From: Thermoanaerobaculia bacterium
GTDB lineage: Bacteria > Acidobacteriota > Thermoanaerobaculia > Multivoradales > Multivoraceae
DNA length: 64,000 nucleotides
Direction: 5' to 3'
Assembly (NCBI GenBank): GCA_963666565.1
Contig: OY762911.1
Span: 1,248,001 to 1,312,000 of the forward strand
Shown: piece after piece, positions 29,076 to 38,820 of the stretch
How positions within the stretch are numbered: position 1 is the stretch's first letter
How the letters are laid out: each line of letters starts with the position of its first letter
The notes under the pieces: model-generated
Seen by the model: the letters and a program-made list of their open reading frames with translations, nothing else
What the model was told of the DNA's origin: nothing
The model's database searches: none
Translations under genes and position numbers: made by a program

Positions 29076-30353
29076 GTGACCCGCGTCGGCCTGGTGTGCA
29101 GCGAGGCGCTCGGGGAACGGGCGGCCGGCATCGGCATCCGCTACCTGGAGATGGCGCGGCGGCTGCCGGGGTTCGGGTTCGAGGTCGTCCTCGTCTCGCC
29201 CTGGCGTTCCGGCGAACCGCCGGACGTGCCGGCCGGTTCCGTCGAGGCGCGCCGGTTCGACTCCGCGCCGCTGCCGGAGCTGCTGGGGGACTGCGGCGCC
29301 GCCGTCGCCCAGGGACAACTGGCGAACGACGCGCTTCACGAGTTGCCCGAACTGCCTACCGCGATCGACCTCTACGACCCCTTCCTCGTCGAGAACCTCA
29401 CGCATCTCGAGACGCTGGGGCTCGACCCTTACCGGAACGACCACCGGAGCTTCGTCCACCAATTGTCTCGCGGCGATTTCTTCCTCTGTTCCTCGCCCGA
29501 GCAGCGCGCCTGGTACCTCGGCTTCCTGACCGCCCTCGGACGCGTGAACCCGCATCGCTACCGGGACGACCCGACGCTCTCCGGGTTGATCGCCGAAGCG
29601 CCGTTCGGCGTGCCCGATCCGCTCCCCGCGTACCGGCCGCTGCTGCCGCCGCGCGTTCCCGGCGAGCGCCGCGTTCTGTTCGGCGGGCTGTACGACTGGT
29701 ACGACCCGGCGCCCCTGCTTGAGGCGTTCGCCGGCCTGCCCGACCCGAACGCGAGGCTCCTCTTCGTGCGGCAGCCGCCCGGCGCCCAGGCGCCGCAGCG
29801 GCTGCTGGCGGAGGTGGAGGCGCGCAGCCGGAAGGAGGATCCGCTCCGCATCGGTTTCCTCGACTGGGCGCCCTTCGAGCGCCGCTACGACCTGCTGCGC
29901 GACGTCGACGCCCTCGCCGCCTGCCACCGGCCCGGACTGGAGACCGACCTGTCCCTGCGCACGCGGTTCCTCGACGCGCTCGCCGCCGGCTGTCCGGTGC
30001 TGACGACGGAGGGCGGCACAGTGCCGCGGCTGCTGCGGGAGTGGGACGCCGGGCTCGTTGTCCCCTGCGGCGACGTCGAGGCGCTGCGGGCCGGCCTCGC
30101 CGAGCTGGTCGCCGGCGGCCCGGAGGTCGAGGCGCGCGCGCGGCGGGGACGCGAGCGGACGCTGCTCGCCTACTCCTGGGAGCGCGCGCTGGCCCCGCTG
30201 GCTGCTTTCCTGTCTTCTCCGCGCACGGATCCGACGAAGGCCGAGTTCGCCTTCCGGCCGGACACGGCGGCGCCGGCCGACGATCTGGCGTTTCGCCTGC
30301 GGCGCTGGCTGCGGACGCGGCTGGCGGGCGCGCGCCCGGCGGGCATGTCGTGA
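29076..30353 (+). CDS. GT4-like glycosyltransferase
   Basis: FGGLYDWYD, RTRFLDALAAGCPVL, YSWE GT-B C-terminal pattern. Confidence 0.75.
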   Translation: MTRVGLVCSEALGERAAGIGIRYLEMARRLPGFGFEVVLVSPWRSGEPPDVPAGSVEARRFDSAPLPELLGDCGAAVAQGQLANDALHELPELPTAIDLYDPFLVENLTHLETLGLDPYRNDHRSFVHQLSRGDFFLCSSPEQRAWYLGFLTALGRVNPHRYRDDPTLSGLIAEAPFGVPDPLPAYRPLLPPRVPGERRVLFGGLYDWYDPAPLLEAFAGLPDPNARLLFVRQPPGAQAPQRLLAEVEARSRKEDPLRIGFLDWAPFERRYDLLRDVDALAACHRPGLETDLSLRTRFLDALAAGCPVLTTEGGTVPRLLREWDAGLVVPCGDVEALRAGLAELVAGGPEVEARARRGRERTLLAYSWERALAPLAAFLSSPRTDPTKAEFAFRPDTAAPADDLAFRLRRWLRTRLAGARPAGMS

Positions 30354-30417
30354 GCGGGCGAGACGGCGTCGTCGCGGAGTCGCCGCGACGATCAGGGACC
30401 TGCGGCGGGAAGGGCTG

Positions 30418-31815
30418 ATGGCGGGCGCGCGAGGAAGCGGCGGCAACCGCGTCGGCAGCGTCGACGTCCTGGTCGTGAGCTGGAACGGCCGCCGCCACCT
30501 GGAGACGCTGCTGCCGGCGCTCGAGGCGCAGCGCGACCCAGGGGCCGCGGTGGGGATCCGGCTGTTCGACAACGGGTCGACCGACGGCACGGCGGCCTGG
30601 GTGCGGTCGGCGCATCCGCGGGTGGAGGTCGTCGAGCATCCGGCGAACCTCGGGTTCTCCGCCGCGAACAACCGGCTCGCCGAGCGCAGTTCGGCCGACG
30701 CTCTCGCGCTGGTCAACAACGACACCCGGCCCCGGACCGACTGGCTCGCCGAACTCGTCGGCGCGTTGCGGGCGGCGCCACCGGACGCGGCGGCGCTGTC
30801 CGGCTGCATCGTCGACTGGGAAGGGGAGCGCCTGGACTTCGGGCGCGGCGTCATGGCCTTCGACGGCCACGCGTTCCAGCTCGACTACCGCCGGCCCCTG
30901 ACAGAGGCGGACATGCCGGCCGAGGGCGCGGAACTGCTCTTCCCCTGCGGCGGCAACATGATCGTGCGGCGGGAGGCGTTCCTCGCTGCCGGCGGATTCG
31001 ACGAGAGCTACTTCGCCTACCTCGAGGACGTCGACCTCGGCTGGCGTTTCTGGTCGGGCGGCGAACGCGTGCTGTCGGCGCCGCGGGCCGTCGTCCGCCA
31101 TCGCTCGAAGGCGACAAGCGACCTGCTGGGCAACGCGAATCGCGGCCTCCTGTTCGAGCGCAACGCCTACTTCACCGCGTTCAAGAACTACGACGCCGAA
31201 CTTTGGCCGCTGCTCATGCCGGCGGTCCAGTTGACGTTGCTCGCCCGCACGCAGCAGTTGCTGGTGCGCCGCAACCCCGGCGGTGAGGCCTTGGCCCTGG
31301 ACCCGTTCGACATGGTCTCGGGCGGGAGCGCGACGGCTGCCGCCGGAGACGCGATGGCCGCCGCCGGAGGCGCGATGGCCGCCGCCGGGGCCGCGATGGC
31401 TGCCGGCGGTCGCCGCGGACGGCCGGGGGCCGACGGCGGGGCGGCGCCGCGGGGCCTCTGGCAGCGGACGCGGGATGTCGTGGCCTTGCGGACCCGGCTG
31501 AGAAGGCTTGCCCGCCGACTGGGCGGCCTGCCTGCCGGTGCGCCGGCCATCGTCGACGACCAGACCGTCGCCCAGGTGCGGGCGCTTTCGGCGATCGTGC
31601 GGGGCCTGGACGCCGCCGCCGCACGGCGACGCCTCGTCCAGGCCAGGCGGCGGCGGCCGGACCGCGAGATCCTGGAGCGCTTCCCTCTGTACCTGGTGCC
31701 GACCTATCCCGGCGACGAGGATCTGTTCGCCAGCGAGGGCTTCCGGTCCCTGTGGCCGGAGAGCGTCGTGCCGGTCCATCGTCGCCTGGAGGACGTGATG
31801 GAGGTGGAGCGGTGA
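30418..31815 (+). CDS. GT2 glycosyltransferase
   Basis: VLVVSWNG, DNGSTDGT, NLGFSAANN, LVNNDT, GGFDESYFAYLEDVDLGWR. Confidence 0.88.
   Translation: MAGARGSGGNRVGSVDVLVVSWNGRRHLETLLPALEAQRDPGAAVGIRLFDNGSTDGTAAWVRSAHPRVEVVEHPANLGFSAANNRLAERSSADALALVNNDTRPRTDWLAELVGALRAAPPDAAALSGCIVDWEGERLDFGRGVMAFDGHAFQLDYRRPLTEADMPAEGAELLFPCGGNMIVRREAFLAAGGFDESYFAYLEDVDLGWRFWSGGERVLSAPRAVVRHRSKATSDLLGNANRGLLFERNAYFTAFKNYDAELWPLLMPAVQLTLLARTQQLLVRRNPGGEALALDPFDMVSGGSATAAAGDAMAAAGGAMAAAGAAMAAGGRRGRPGADGGAAPRGLWQRTRDVVALRTRLRRLARRLGGLPAGAPAIVDDQTVAQVRALSAIVRGLDAAAARRRLVQARRRRPDREILERFPLYLVPTYPGDEDLFASEGFRSLWPESVVPVHRRLEDVMEVER
31330..31410 (+). repeat. in-frame 21-bp tandem repeat (about 4 units, AMAAAG-like)
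   Basis: GCGATGGCCGCCGCCGGAGGC-like units encoding ATAAAGD/AMAAAGG/AMAAAGA/AMAAGG. Confidence 0.75.
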
Positions 31816-32801
31816 ACGGCTCGCCGGAGTGGAGCGTCGTCATTCCGACCTTCGACCGCCTGCCGGCACTCCGGGAAGTGCTGGAGGCGGTGGACGCCCA
31901 GGAGGGACCGGCCTTCGAGGTCGTCGTGGTCAACGACGGCAGCGCGGACGGGACGGCCGCCTGGCTCGACGAACGGGCCGCCGGCGCCGGCGGCGGGGAG
32001 CGCGGCCGGCCGGAGCTGCGTGTCCTGCACCAGGAGAACCGGGGGCCGGCGGTGGCCAGGAATCGCGGCGTCGCGGCGGCCCGAGGCCGCTGGGTGGCCT
32101 TTCTTGGGGACGACACCGTCCCCGCGCCGGGATGGCTGGCCGCGCACGGCCGGGCCCAGGACGAGACGCTGGCGCGGTCGGTTCGCGCAGAGGGCGGTTG
32201 CGTCGGCGTCATCGGCCGCACCGACTGGCACCAGCGGATGCGGCGCACGCCGTTTCTCGACTACATCAACGAGAACGGCCTGCAGTTCGGGTTCTCCCTG
32301 ATCGAGGACGAGAACGACGTGCCCTTCAACTTCTTCTACACCTCGAACCTCTCCATCGACCGCGAGGCGATGGCGGCGGCGCCGTTCGATCCGGCGTTCC
32401 CGTTCGCTGCCTGGGAGGACATCGAGGCCGCGTATCGCCTTGCTGGACGGGGTTTGCGCCTGCTCTACCGGCCCGAGGCCCGCGTCGCGCACGACCATCC
32501 GACCGATCTGCGGCGCTTCGCGAAGCGCCAGTACCGGGCCGGATACTCGGCGGTCGTTTTCTTCCGGCGGCACGAGCGGCTCGGCCCCTTCCTGGGATTC
32601 CAGGACGGCGAGCCGCCTCCGGTCGGCGGCGCGCGAGCCCGGGCGACGCACTGGCTGCGGGAGCGGTTGGCGCGCTCGTTGCAGGGAATGCCGGTCAGAC
32701 TGCCCCGAACCTGGGAGAGGACGATGCGACATCACTACCTGGAAGGTCTCAGAAACGGCTGGTCCGACGGCGTGGGCCTGGACCGGGGAGGCGTCTCATG
32801 A
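31812..32801 (+). CDS. GT2 glycosyltransferase
   Basis: SVVIPTFDR, VNDGSADGT, GPAVARNRG, FLGDD, WEDIE. Confidence 0.88.
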   Translation: MNGSPEWSVVIPTFDRLPALREVLEAVDAQEGPAFEVVVVNDGSADGTAAWLDERAAGAGGGERGRPELRVLHQENRGPAVARNRGVAAARGRWVAFLGDDTVPAPGWLAAHGRAQDETLARSVRAEGGCVGVIGRTDWHQRMRRTPFLDYINENGLQFGFSLIEDENDVPFNFFYTSNLSIDREAMAAAPFDPAFPFAAWEDIEAAYRLAGRGLRLLYRPEARVAHDHPTDLRRFAKRQYRAGYSAVVFFRRHERLGPFLGFQDGEPPPVGGARARATHWLRERLARSLQGMPVRLPRTWERTMRHHYLEGLRNGWSDGVGLDRGGVS

Positions 32802-33823
32802 CGACGACGAACCCACTCGCGACAGCGGCCGGGCGGCGGCTGGCGTTGCCGCTTGCCGGTCTGCTCGGCTTCGGCTTCGGTCTCGGCGTGGCAGGCGGCG
32901 CGGAAGCTGCCGCCGGCGGCAAGGGCCTGCCTGCCTCGGTCGCCGCCACTCTCGCCGTCCAGGCGCCGGTCGGGGTCGCCGCCGGCCGCGCGGCTCGGAC
33001 GCCAGTCGCGGTCGCCGCCGGCCTCGCCGTTCAGGCGCCGGTCGCGGTCGAAGCCCGCGAGCGCGGCGGACGCCGGGGCGGCGACGGCAAGGGGCGCCGT
33101 GCGCGCACCCGCGTCGTGCGTCCCTACTACGGTTCCTTCGGCTGGTACGGCGGCTTCGGCCCCTTCTGGCCGTACGCCTGGTCGCTCTACGACTACGGTT
33201 ACGGTTCCTACGGCTGGAGCGCCGGTCCCGCCGGCTACGGGGCCGTGGACGCGGGCGCGCTCGACCTGAACACCCGGCCGAAGAAGGCCTCCGTCTACAT
33301 CGACGGCGAACTGGTCGGCCGGGTGGATGCCTTCGACGGCTTCCCCCGCTACCTCTGGCTGCGCGGCGGGAGCTATCGCATCGCGATCTACAAGGAGGGG
33401 TACGAGACGCTGGAACGCCGGATCCGGGTTCGGCCGGGAGTGGTCGTCCGGATCGACGATGACCTCGTCCCGGGGACCGCGGCGTTGCCGCAGCCGCCGC
33501 CTCCGAAGCCGGCAGCGGCGCCGGCGGCGCCGGAAGGCGAGTCCTGGCGGCTGGAGAACCGCGGCCGCCCCATCCACCAGGATCAGCGGGCTGACCCGGC
33601 CCGCTTGGAACTCGATGTCGAGCCGGCAGACGCCGTCGTCTACCTGGACGGCCGCCTGCTGGGGAGCGGCGCCGAACTGGCGAGCCTCCACTCGGCCCTC
33701 ATCGTGGACCCCGGCGTCCACCGGCTGGAGGTGATGCGGCCCGGCTACGCGGCCGAGGTGCGGGCGTTCGAGGCCGGGCAGGGAGAGGACGTCTCCCTGC
33801 GGATCGTGCTCCGGGAGGAGTGA
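32798..33823 (+). CDS. exported PEGA-domain protein
   Basis: Signal-like N-terminus, Y/G/W-rich segment, two PEGA-like repeats (P.KASVYIDG...GY; P.DAVVYLDG...PGY). Confidence 0.75.
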   Translation: MTTTNPLATAAGRRLALPLAGLLGFGFGLGVAGGAEAAAGGKGLPASVAATLAVQAPVGVAAGRAARTPVAVAAGLAVQAPVAVEARERGGRRGGDGKGRRARTRVVRPYYGSFGWYGGFGPFWPYAWSLYDYGYGSYGWSAGPAGYGAVDAGALDLNTRPKKASVYIDGELVGRVDAFDGFPRYLWLRGGSYRIAIYKEGYETLERRIRVRPGVVVRIDDDLVPGTAALPQPPPPKPAAAPAAPEGESWRLENRGRPIHQDQRADPARLELDVEPADAVVYLDGRLLGSGAELASLHSALIVDPGVHRLEVMRPGYAAEVRAFEAGQGEDVSLRIVLREE

Positions 33824-33835
33824 CCGCCGCCCGCT

Positions 33836-33864
33836 TAGACATAGAAAAGTAGCCATGCTACCAT
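33836..33864 (+). promoter_or_regulatory. sigma70 promoter of ogt
   Basis: TAGACA (33836-41), 17 bp, TGn-TACCAT (33859-64) in an AT-rich patch. Confidence 0.7.
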
Positions 33865-33871
33865 GATTGGC

Positions 33872-34441
33872 GTGGTGCATGAATCCGCGACCCGCGCCGA
33901 CGGCCCGGCCGGTGCTCCGGCTTGGCCCGCGCCGCGCGGCGCCGAACCGATCCGGGTGCTGGTCGCCTCGCCTCTCGGTTCGCTGGGGCTCGAGTTCGCC
34001 GGCCGATCGATCACCCGGCTGGTGATCGAGCCGAAGGGCGGCGAAGAGGCGCTGTTCACCTCCCTCGGTTCGGTGGATACGACGGACTTCGTCGACGAGG
34101 CCCTCGGCAGGCTGTCGGAGTACTTCGCGGGCGCCCGGCGGAACCTCGATCTGCCCTACGACCTGGAGCGGACCGGGATCGACGCCCTCTCCTACCGCAT
34201 CTTCCAGGAGACAGCCCGGATTCCGTACGGCCGCACGCGCACCTACCGCAACGTGGCGACCTCGTCGGGCAAGGCGGGCGCCTACCGGCTGATTCGTTCC
34301 CGACTGATGACGAACCCGTTGCCGATTCTCGTTCCCTGCCATCGGGTCGTGCCGCGCCGGAGCGGTCCCGGCTCCTACATCGGCGGCGAGAAGCGCAAGG
34401 CCCAGTTGCTCGCCCTCGAACGCAAGCACGCCGAAGACTAG
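33872..34441 (+). CDS. ogt: methylated-DNA--protein-cysteine methyltransferase
   Basis: IPYGRTRTY, NPLPILVPCHRVV active-site motif; start moved to GTG 33872 because of promoter position. Confidence 0.88.
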   Translation: MVHESATRADGPAGAPAWPAPRGAEPIRVLVASPLGSLGLEFAGRSITRLVIEPKGGEEALFTSLGSVDTTDFVDEALGRLSEYFAGARRNLDLPYDLERTGIDALSYRIFQETARIPYGRTRTYRNVATSSGKAGAYRLIRSRLMTNPLPILVPCHRVVPRRSGPGSYIGGEKRKAQLLALERKHAED

Positions 34442-34456
34442 CGCCGGCGCCGCACG

Positions 34457-34521
34457 CCGGGTGCGCGGGTCTTCCGACCCGCTGCCGCCGGAGGCGGCCA
34501 GGAACGCGCCGCGAAGCGGCG
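34457..34521 (+). repeat. REP-like family 1 element between convergent genes
   Basis: CCGGGTGC-GCGGGTC-TTCC-GACCCGC-TGCCGCCGGAGGCGGCC. Confidence 0.85.
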
Positions 34522-34533
34522 ACCGCTCGGGCC

Positions 34534-35478
34534 TCACCCAAGTCGCCGCCGGGCGTCCTCCCAGATCGCCTCCAGCGCCCGGTCGAAGCCGCGCCCGGGC
34601 CGCCAGCCCAGGGCGCGCAGCCGGCCGGCGTCGCCGCACAGGACGGGCACGTCCGCCGGTCTCATGCGGTCCGGATCCCGCCGGACCTCGACCTCCACGC
34701 CGCTGATCCGGATCAGCCGCCGAAGCGCCGCGTCGAGCTCCACCGCCTCGCCGCGGGCGACGTTGTAGACGCCGCCCGGCTCGCCGCGCTCGACGAGGAG
34801 CGCGTAGGCGTCCGCGCCGTCGTCGACATGGACGAAGTCCCGGCGCGAGGTCAGGTTGCCGACGCGCAGCACGGGTTCTTCGCGCCCGGCGGCGATCGCC
34901 GCAAGCTGGGCCGCGAACGAAGGCAGCGCGAACTTCGCGCTCTGCCCGGGTCCGATCAGGTTGAAGGAACGGACCGCGACGGCGCCGAGGGGAAGGCAGA
35001 TCCGTTCGATCGCGGCCTTGGCCAGGGCATACGGGGAGCCGGGCCGCAGCTCGCGGTCTTCGCGCGCCGGCAGCTCCGCTTCCGGGACCGCGCCGTACAC
35101 CTCCGCGCTCGAGGCGACGACGAGCCGGCAGCCATCGGACAGGGCGCGCGCCGCGGCGGCGACGTTCTCCGAGCCTTCGACGTTCACCCGGTAGTGGTCG
35201 TCGATCCGCCGCCAGGAGGCCGCCACGTCCGACAGGCCGGCCAGGTGGACGACCGCGTCCGGCGCCGCCTCCCGGAACACGCGCTCGACGGCGCCGCGGT
35301 CGCGGATGTCCAGGGCGACGCGCTCGATCGAGGATGGAGCGCCGCCCGCGGCGTCTTCCTCGACCGGGATCGTCCCCGGAGCATGGCAGGCGACGACGGC
35401 GGCCCCCCGCTCGACCAGCCGCGGCACGAGGCGCCCGCCGACGAACCCCTCGGCGCCGGTGACGAGGACGCGCCTCAC
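34534..35478 (-). CDS. NDP-sugar SDR, GDP-4-keto-6-deoxymannose reductase (Rmd)/GDP-mannose dehydratase-like
   Basis: VTGAEGFVG, SSAEVYG, SPYALAK, RSFNLIGPGQ, GNLTSRRDF. Confidence 0.8.
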   Translation of the reverse strand: MRRVLVTGAEGFVGGRLVPRLVERGAAVVACHAPGTIPVEEDAAGGAPSSIERVALDIRDRGAVERVFREAAPDAVVHLAGLSDVAASWRRIDDHYRVNVEGSENVAAAARALSDGCRLVVASSAEVYGAVPEAELPAREDRELRPGSPYALAKAAIERICLPLGAVAVRSFNLIGPGQSAKFALPSFAAQLAAIAAGREEPVLRVGNLTSRRDFVHVDDGADAYALLVERGEPGGVYNVARGEAVELDAALRRLIRISGVEVEVRRDPDRMRPADVPVLCGDAGRLRALGWRPGRGFDRALEAIWEDARRRLG

Positions 35479-36392
35479 GTCTCCGCCTTGCCCTGTCCCA
35501 GCCGGCCGAAGTAATCGTCGAGACCTGGCCGCCATTCTTCGACCCGCCGGCCGGCGATGGACTCGAAACGCCCGGTGTCCAGCACCGACCAGGCCGGCCG
35601 GATCGCCGGACGCGGCAGGTCGGCGGTCGCGATCGGTTGCACCTCGGCGCGGAGGCCCAGAGCCTCGACGATGGCGACCGCGAAACCGTGCCAGGAGACG
35701 GCGGGCGCGTTGCAGTAGTGGACGATGCCGGCCGCACCGGCCGCCTGGAGGTCGACGAGGGCCCGGGCCAGGAAGGGCGCGTAGGTGGGGCAGCCGACTT
35801 GGTCGGCGACGACCCGCAGGGGTTCCCCGCGGCCTAGACGGGCCGCGATCGCGGAGACGAAGCTCCTACCTTCCGGCCCGAACACCCAGCTCGGGCGCAC
35901 CACCAGACCTCCGGCGTCGACGACGGCCTGCTCGGCGGCGAGCTTCGAGCGGCCGTAGGCGGTTCCGGGCGCCGTCGCGTCCTCCTCCCGGTACGGGCGC
36001 CGGCCCTTGCCGTCGAACACGTAGTCGGTCGAGACGTGGATCAGCCGGCAGTCCCGCGGCAGGGCGGCCGCCAGCCGCGCGGGCGCCCGGCCGTTGACTT
36101 CCATTGCCGTCTCGGGCTCGCTCTCGCAGCCGTCGACGTCGGTGCGGGCGGCGCAGTTGTAGACGGCCCCGGCGCCGAACCGGGCGGCCAGCGCCGCGGT
36201 CGCCTCCGTGTCGGTGAGGTCCGCGCGCCGGCGGTCGGCGGCGAGCACCTCGGCGCCGCGCCGGCGCAGTTCGTCAGCCACTTCCCGGCCGAGCTGGCCG
36301 GCCGCGCCGAGCACCACGGCCTTGGCGGTTCTGGCGTGGGTCCGGGCAACGCCGCCGGGCGGCCTCGAAACGCCGCCGGCCGTGCCGGTCAC
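35475..36392 (-). CDS. rmlD: dTDP-4-dehydrorhamnose reductase
   Basis: GAAGQLG, HVSTDYVFDG, YGRSK, VVADQVGCPT, RPAWSVLD. Confidence 0.92.
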   Translation of the reverse strand: MTGTAGGVSRPPGGVARTHARTAKAVVLGAAGQLGREVADELRRRGAEVLAADRRRADLTDTEATAALAARFGAGAVYNCAARTDVDGCESEPETAMEVNGRAPARLAAALPRDCRLIHVSTDYVFDGKGRRPYREEDATAPGTAYGRSKLAAEQAVVDAGGLVVRPSWVFGPEGRSFVSAIAARLGRGEPLRVVADQVGCPTYAPFLARALVDLQAAGAAGIVHYCNAPAVSWHGFAVAIVEALGLRAEVQPIATADLPRPAIRPAWSVLDTGRFESIAGRRVEEWRPGLDDYFGRLGQGKAET

Positions 36393-38794
36393 AGCGCCTC
36401 GCTCTGGCCGCCGGTGATGTCGAAGAAGGCGCCGACGCTCTTCAGCGTGACCAGCAGCCGGTACTGGGTGTCGCGCCGGAGCGCGGTCCGGAAGTCGGCG
36501 ATCTCGAACTGCAGGCCGTAGCAGCAGGCCCTGAAGTCGACGATGTGGCGCTGGATCTGGAGGATCTTCCGCTCGACGTCGTAGCTCACCATGCTGTTCA
36601 CCCGGAGCTTGCCGGGGATCAGGTCGAGCCCGGCCGAGACCTGGGCGTGGTGACGGCGGGTGCTGTCGAGTTCCGGGTTGCGCCGGACCGCCCACCGCAG
36701 GCCGATCGAACTCGTCCGGCCCAGGCCGAGGCTGCCCGAGACGGCGGTCGAGGAGAACTGGGAGAACAGGGTGTCGTAGAGCGCGTCGAAGCGGACGCCC
36801 GTGCGCCGCGACGGGTTGAACCGCAGCAGCGCGCCGACCGGACCGTTCTGGCTGGTCAGCGTCCGGTCGGCCGAGCGCAGCAGCGGCCGGTCGTCGTCGA
36901 GCGACAGGTCCCGGAAGAACTGGACGGAGAGGATCTCGAAGGCGCCGCCGGCGGCCGGGTCGGCGGGTTTGGCCAGGACCCGGTTGTACAGGCTGAAACG
37001 GGCGACGTTGCGGCCGCGGAGATTGTCGATCTCGTCGAACAGCGGGATCCGCAGGCGGTCGTCGAAGTCGCGGAAGTAGCCGTAGACGATGCGCGGCTCG
37101 ATGACGTGCTTGAGCCTGGAGAAGCGGCCCCCCTCGCCCAGGTCGAAGATGCGCGAGAAACCGGGGCCGACGATCTCGGCGCCGGCGGTGGGAACCACCC
37201 GCATCAGGTCCTCGCCCCGGAAGTCCGAGTCGCCGGGCGCCATGCGCCGTTCCTCGGCGGTCGTCAGGCTGTCGCCGTACCACGTCAGGTGACCGCCGGC
37301 CGTGAGCGAGAGCGACAGCCAGCTCGTGAGCGGCACCGGGATGCTGATCTCGGGCTGGAGATTGGCGCGCGCGTACTGGCCCTGGCGGCGCGCCGAGCGG
37401 TTGACGTCCAGGTAGTGCAGCGCGCTCCGCAGTTGCAGGTAGAGCGGTGACTTGCCGAGGCGGGTGGAGCGCAGCTTGTACTCGATCTCCGGCAGTTGGC
37501 GAAGCTGGATCTCGCGGTTGGCCGAGATGAAGGTCTTGCGCCGGTCGAGCTGGACGTTGAGTGACTGGTTGCCCCAGTTGCCGCTCACGAAGGCGGTCGA
37601 GTAGAGCTGGCGCAGGGTGTTGCGGTCGACCCGGCGCTCGAAGTCGCGGAAGAAGTCGAAGTCCGAGACGTCCTCGAAGCGGACGACGCCCCGGAAGCCC
37701 CCCGGCAGGTCCCGCGACTGGTGGTTCCAGCGCATGCGCCAGCGGCGCTCGCCGCGCTCCGTGTCGTCGATCAGGTAGCCGTCGAACTCTCCCGCCGTCC
37801 CTTCGCTGGGCCGGTAGCGGAACTCGGTCCCCAGGCCCCAGAAGGCCTCGTTCGAGAAGGCCTGCTGGGACGAGGACGGGGCGCCGGCGTACAGGTCCAC
37901 GTTGAAGGTCGCGTCGTAGCTCCTGTCGATCGCCCAGAAGTACGCGAGCCCGAGCGACGGTCCGCGCCGGGTGGAGAAGCCGGGCTTCGGCGTCAGGAAT
38001 CCGCTCACCCTGGAGCTCTGGGCCGGCCACAGCATGTAGGGGAGGTAGATGAGCGGTACCTTCCTGGCGCGGAACGAGACGCCGCGCGTCTTCGCGTAGC
38101 CGTTGGCGTTCACGTCGACCCGCTTCGCCCGGAAGCTCCAGTCCGGCGCCCGGTCGCCGTCATCGACCTCGCAGGCGGTGAACTGGGCGTCGAGAATCGT
38201 GTAGCGGTTCTCGCTCAGCCTGCGGATCTCGGCGCCGTTGAAGAAGAGGTCGCTGCCGATGTTGCCCTGGACGTCGAAGACCGAGGCGGTCTCGTCCGAC
38301 AGGTCGACCTCGAGGCGCGAACCCCGCAACACTTCGTTCCCGCGGATGAGAACGACCGAGCCTTCGGCCCGGAACACCTCGTTCTCGCGGTCGTAGACCG
38401 CTCGGTCGCCGGAGGCCCGGTAGTCGCGGAGACGGACCGAGAAGCCGTTCGACAGGACGTGCCGCTGCTGCTCCTCGTCGAAGATGCCCTGCATGGCGCC
38501 GGCCCAGCCCTCCACCTGTCCGCCGCCGGATTCGTCCTCGATCGCGAAGCTGAAGGTGGAGGCGCCGGGAGGAGGCGGGGGGCCGGTGTCGGCGGGTTCC
38601 TCCTCCGGGGCCTGCGCGGCGTCGGCGGCTGGTTCTTCCGCTGGAGCTTCCGAAGCGTCGGCGGCTGGTTCCTCGACCGCTGCCCGCGTTTCTTCCGTGG
38701 TCGCCGGCGCTGTCTCGGGCTCCTGGGCGGAAGTCGCGGCGGTGAGTGCGAGACCGAAGGCCAGTCCGACGATCAGGCGTTCAGCGACGGGCAC
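36389..38794 (-). CDS. lptD: LPS-assembly outer-membrane protein LptD
   Basis: Signal peptide, OstA-like N-domain, FTAC...PDW, RVSGFLTP, beta-barrel with a CC pair near the C-terminus. Confidence 0.85.
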   Translation of the reverse strand: MPVAERLIVGLAFGLALTAATSAQEPETAPATTEETRAAVEEPAADASEAPAEEPAADAAQAPEEEPADTGPPPPPGASTFSFAIEDESGGGQVEGWAGAMQGIFDEEQQRHVLSNGFSVRLRDYRASGDRAVYDRENEVFRAEGSVVLIRGNEVLRGSRLEVDLSDETASVFDVQGNIGSDLFFNGAEIRRLSENRYTILDAQFTACEVDDGDRAPDWSFRAKRVDVNANGYAKTRGVSFRARKVPLIYLPYMLWPAQSSRVSGFLTPKPGFSTRRGPSLGLAYFWAIDRSYDATFNVDLYAGAPSSSQQAFSNEAFWGLGTEFRYRPSEGTAGEFDGYLIDDTERGERRWRMRWNHQSRDLPGGFRGVVRFEDVSDFDFFRDFERRVDRNTLRQLYSTAFVSGNWGNQSLNVQLDRRKTFISANREIQLRQLPEIEYKLRSTRLGKSPLYLQLRSALHYLDVNRSARRQGQYARANLQPEISIPVPLTSWLSLSLTAGGHLTWYGDSLTTAEERRMAPGDSDFRGEDLMRVVPTAGAEIVGPGFSRIFDLGEGGRFSRLKHVIEPRIVYGYFRDFDDRLRIPLFDEIDNLRGRNVARFSLYNRVLAKPADPAAGGAFEILSVQFFRDLSLDDDRPLLRSADRTLTSQNGPVGALLRFNPSRRTGVRFDALYDTLFSQFSSTAVSGSLGLGRTSSIGLRWAVRRNPELDSTRRHHAQVSAGLDLIPGKLRVNSMVSYDVERKILQIQRHIVDFRACCYGLQFEIADFRTALRRDTQYRLLVTLKSVGAFFDITGGQSEAL

Positions 38795-38820
38795 TGATCT
38801 GGATGGCCTCCATGCCGGTC

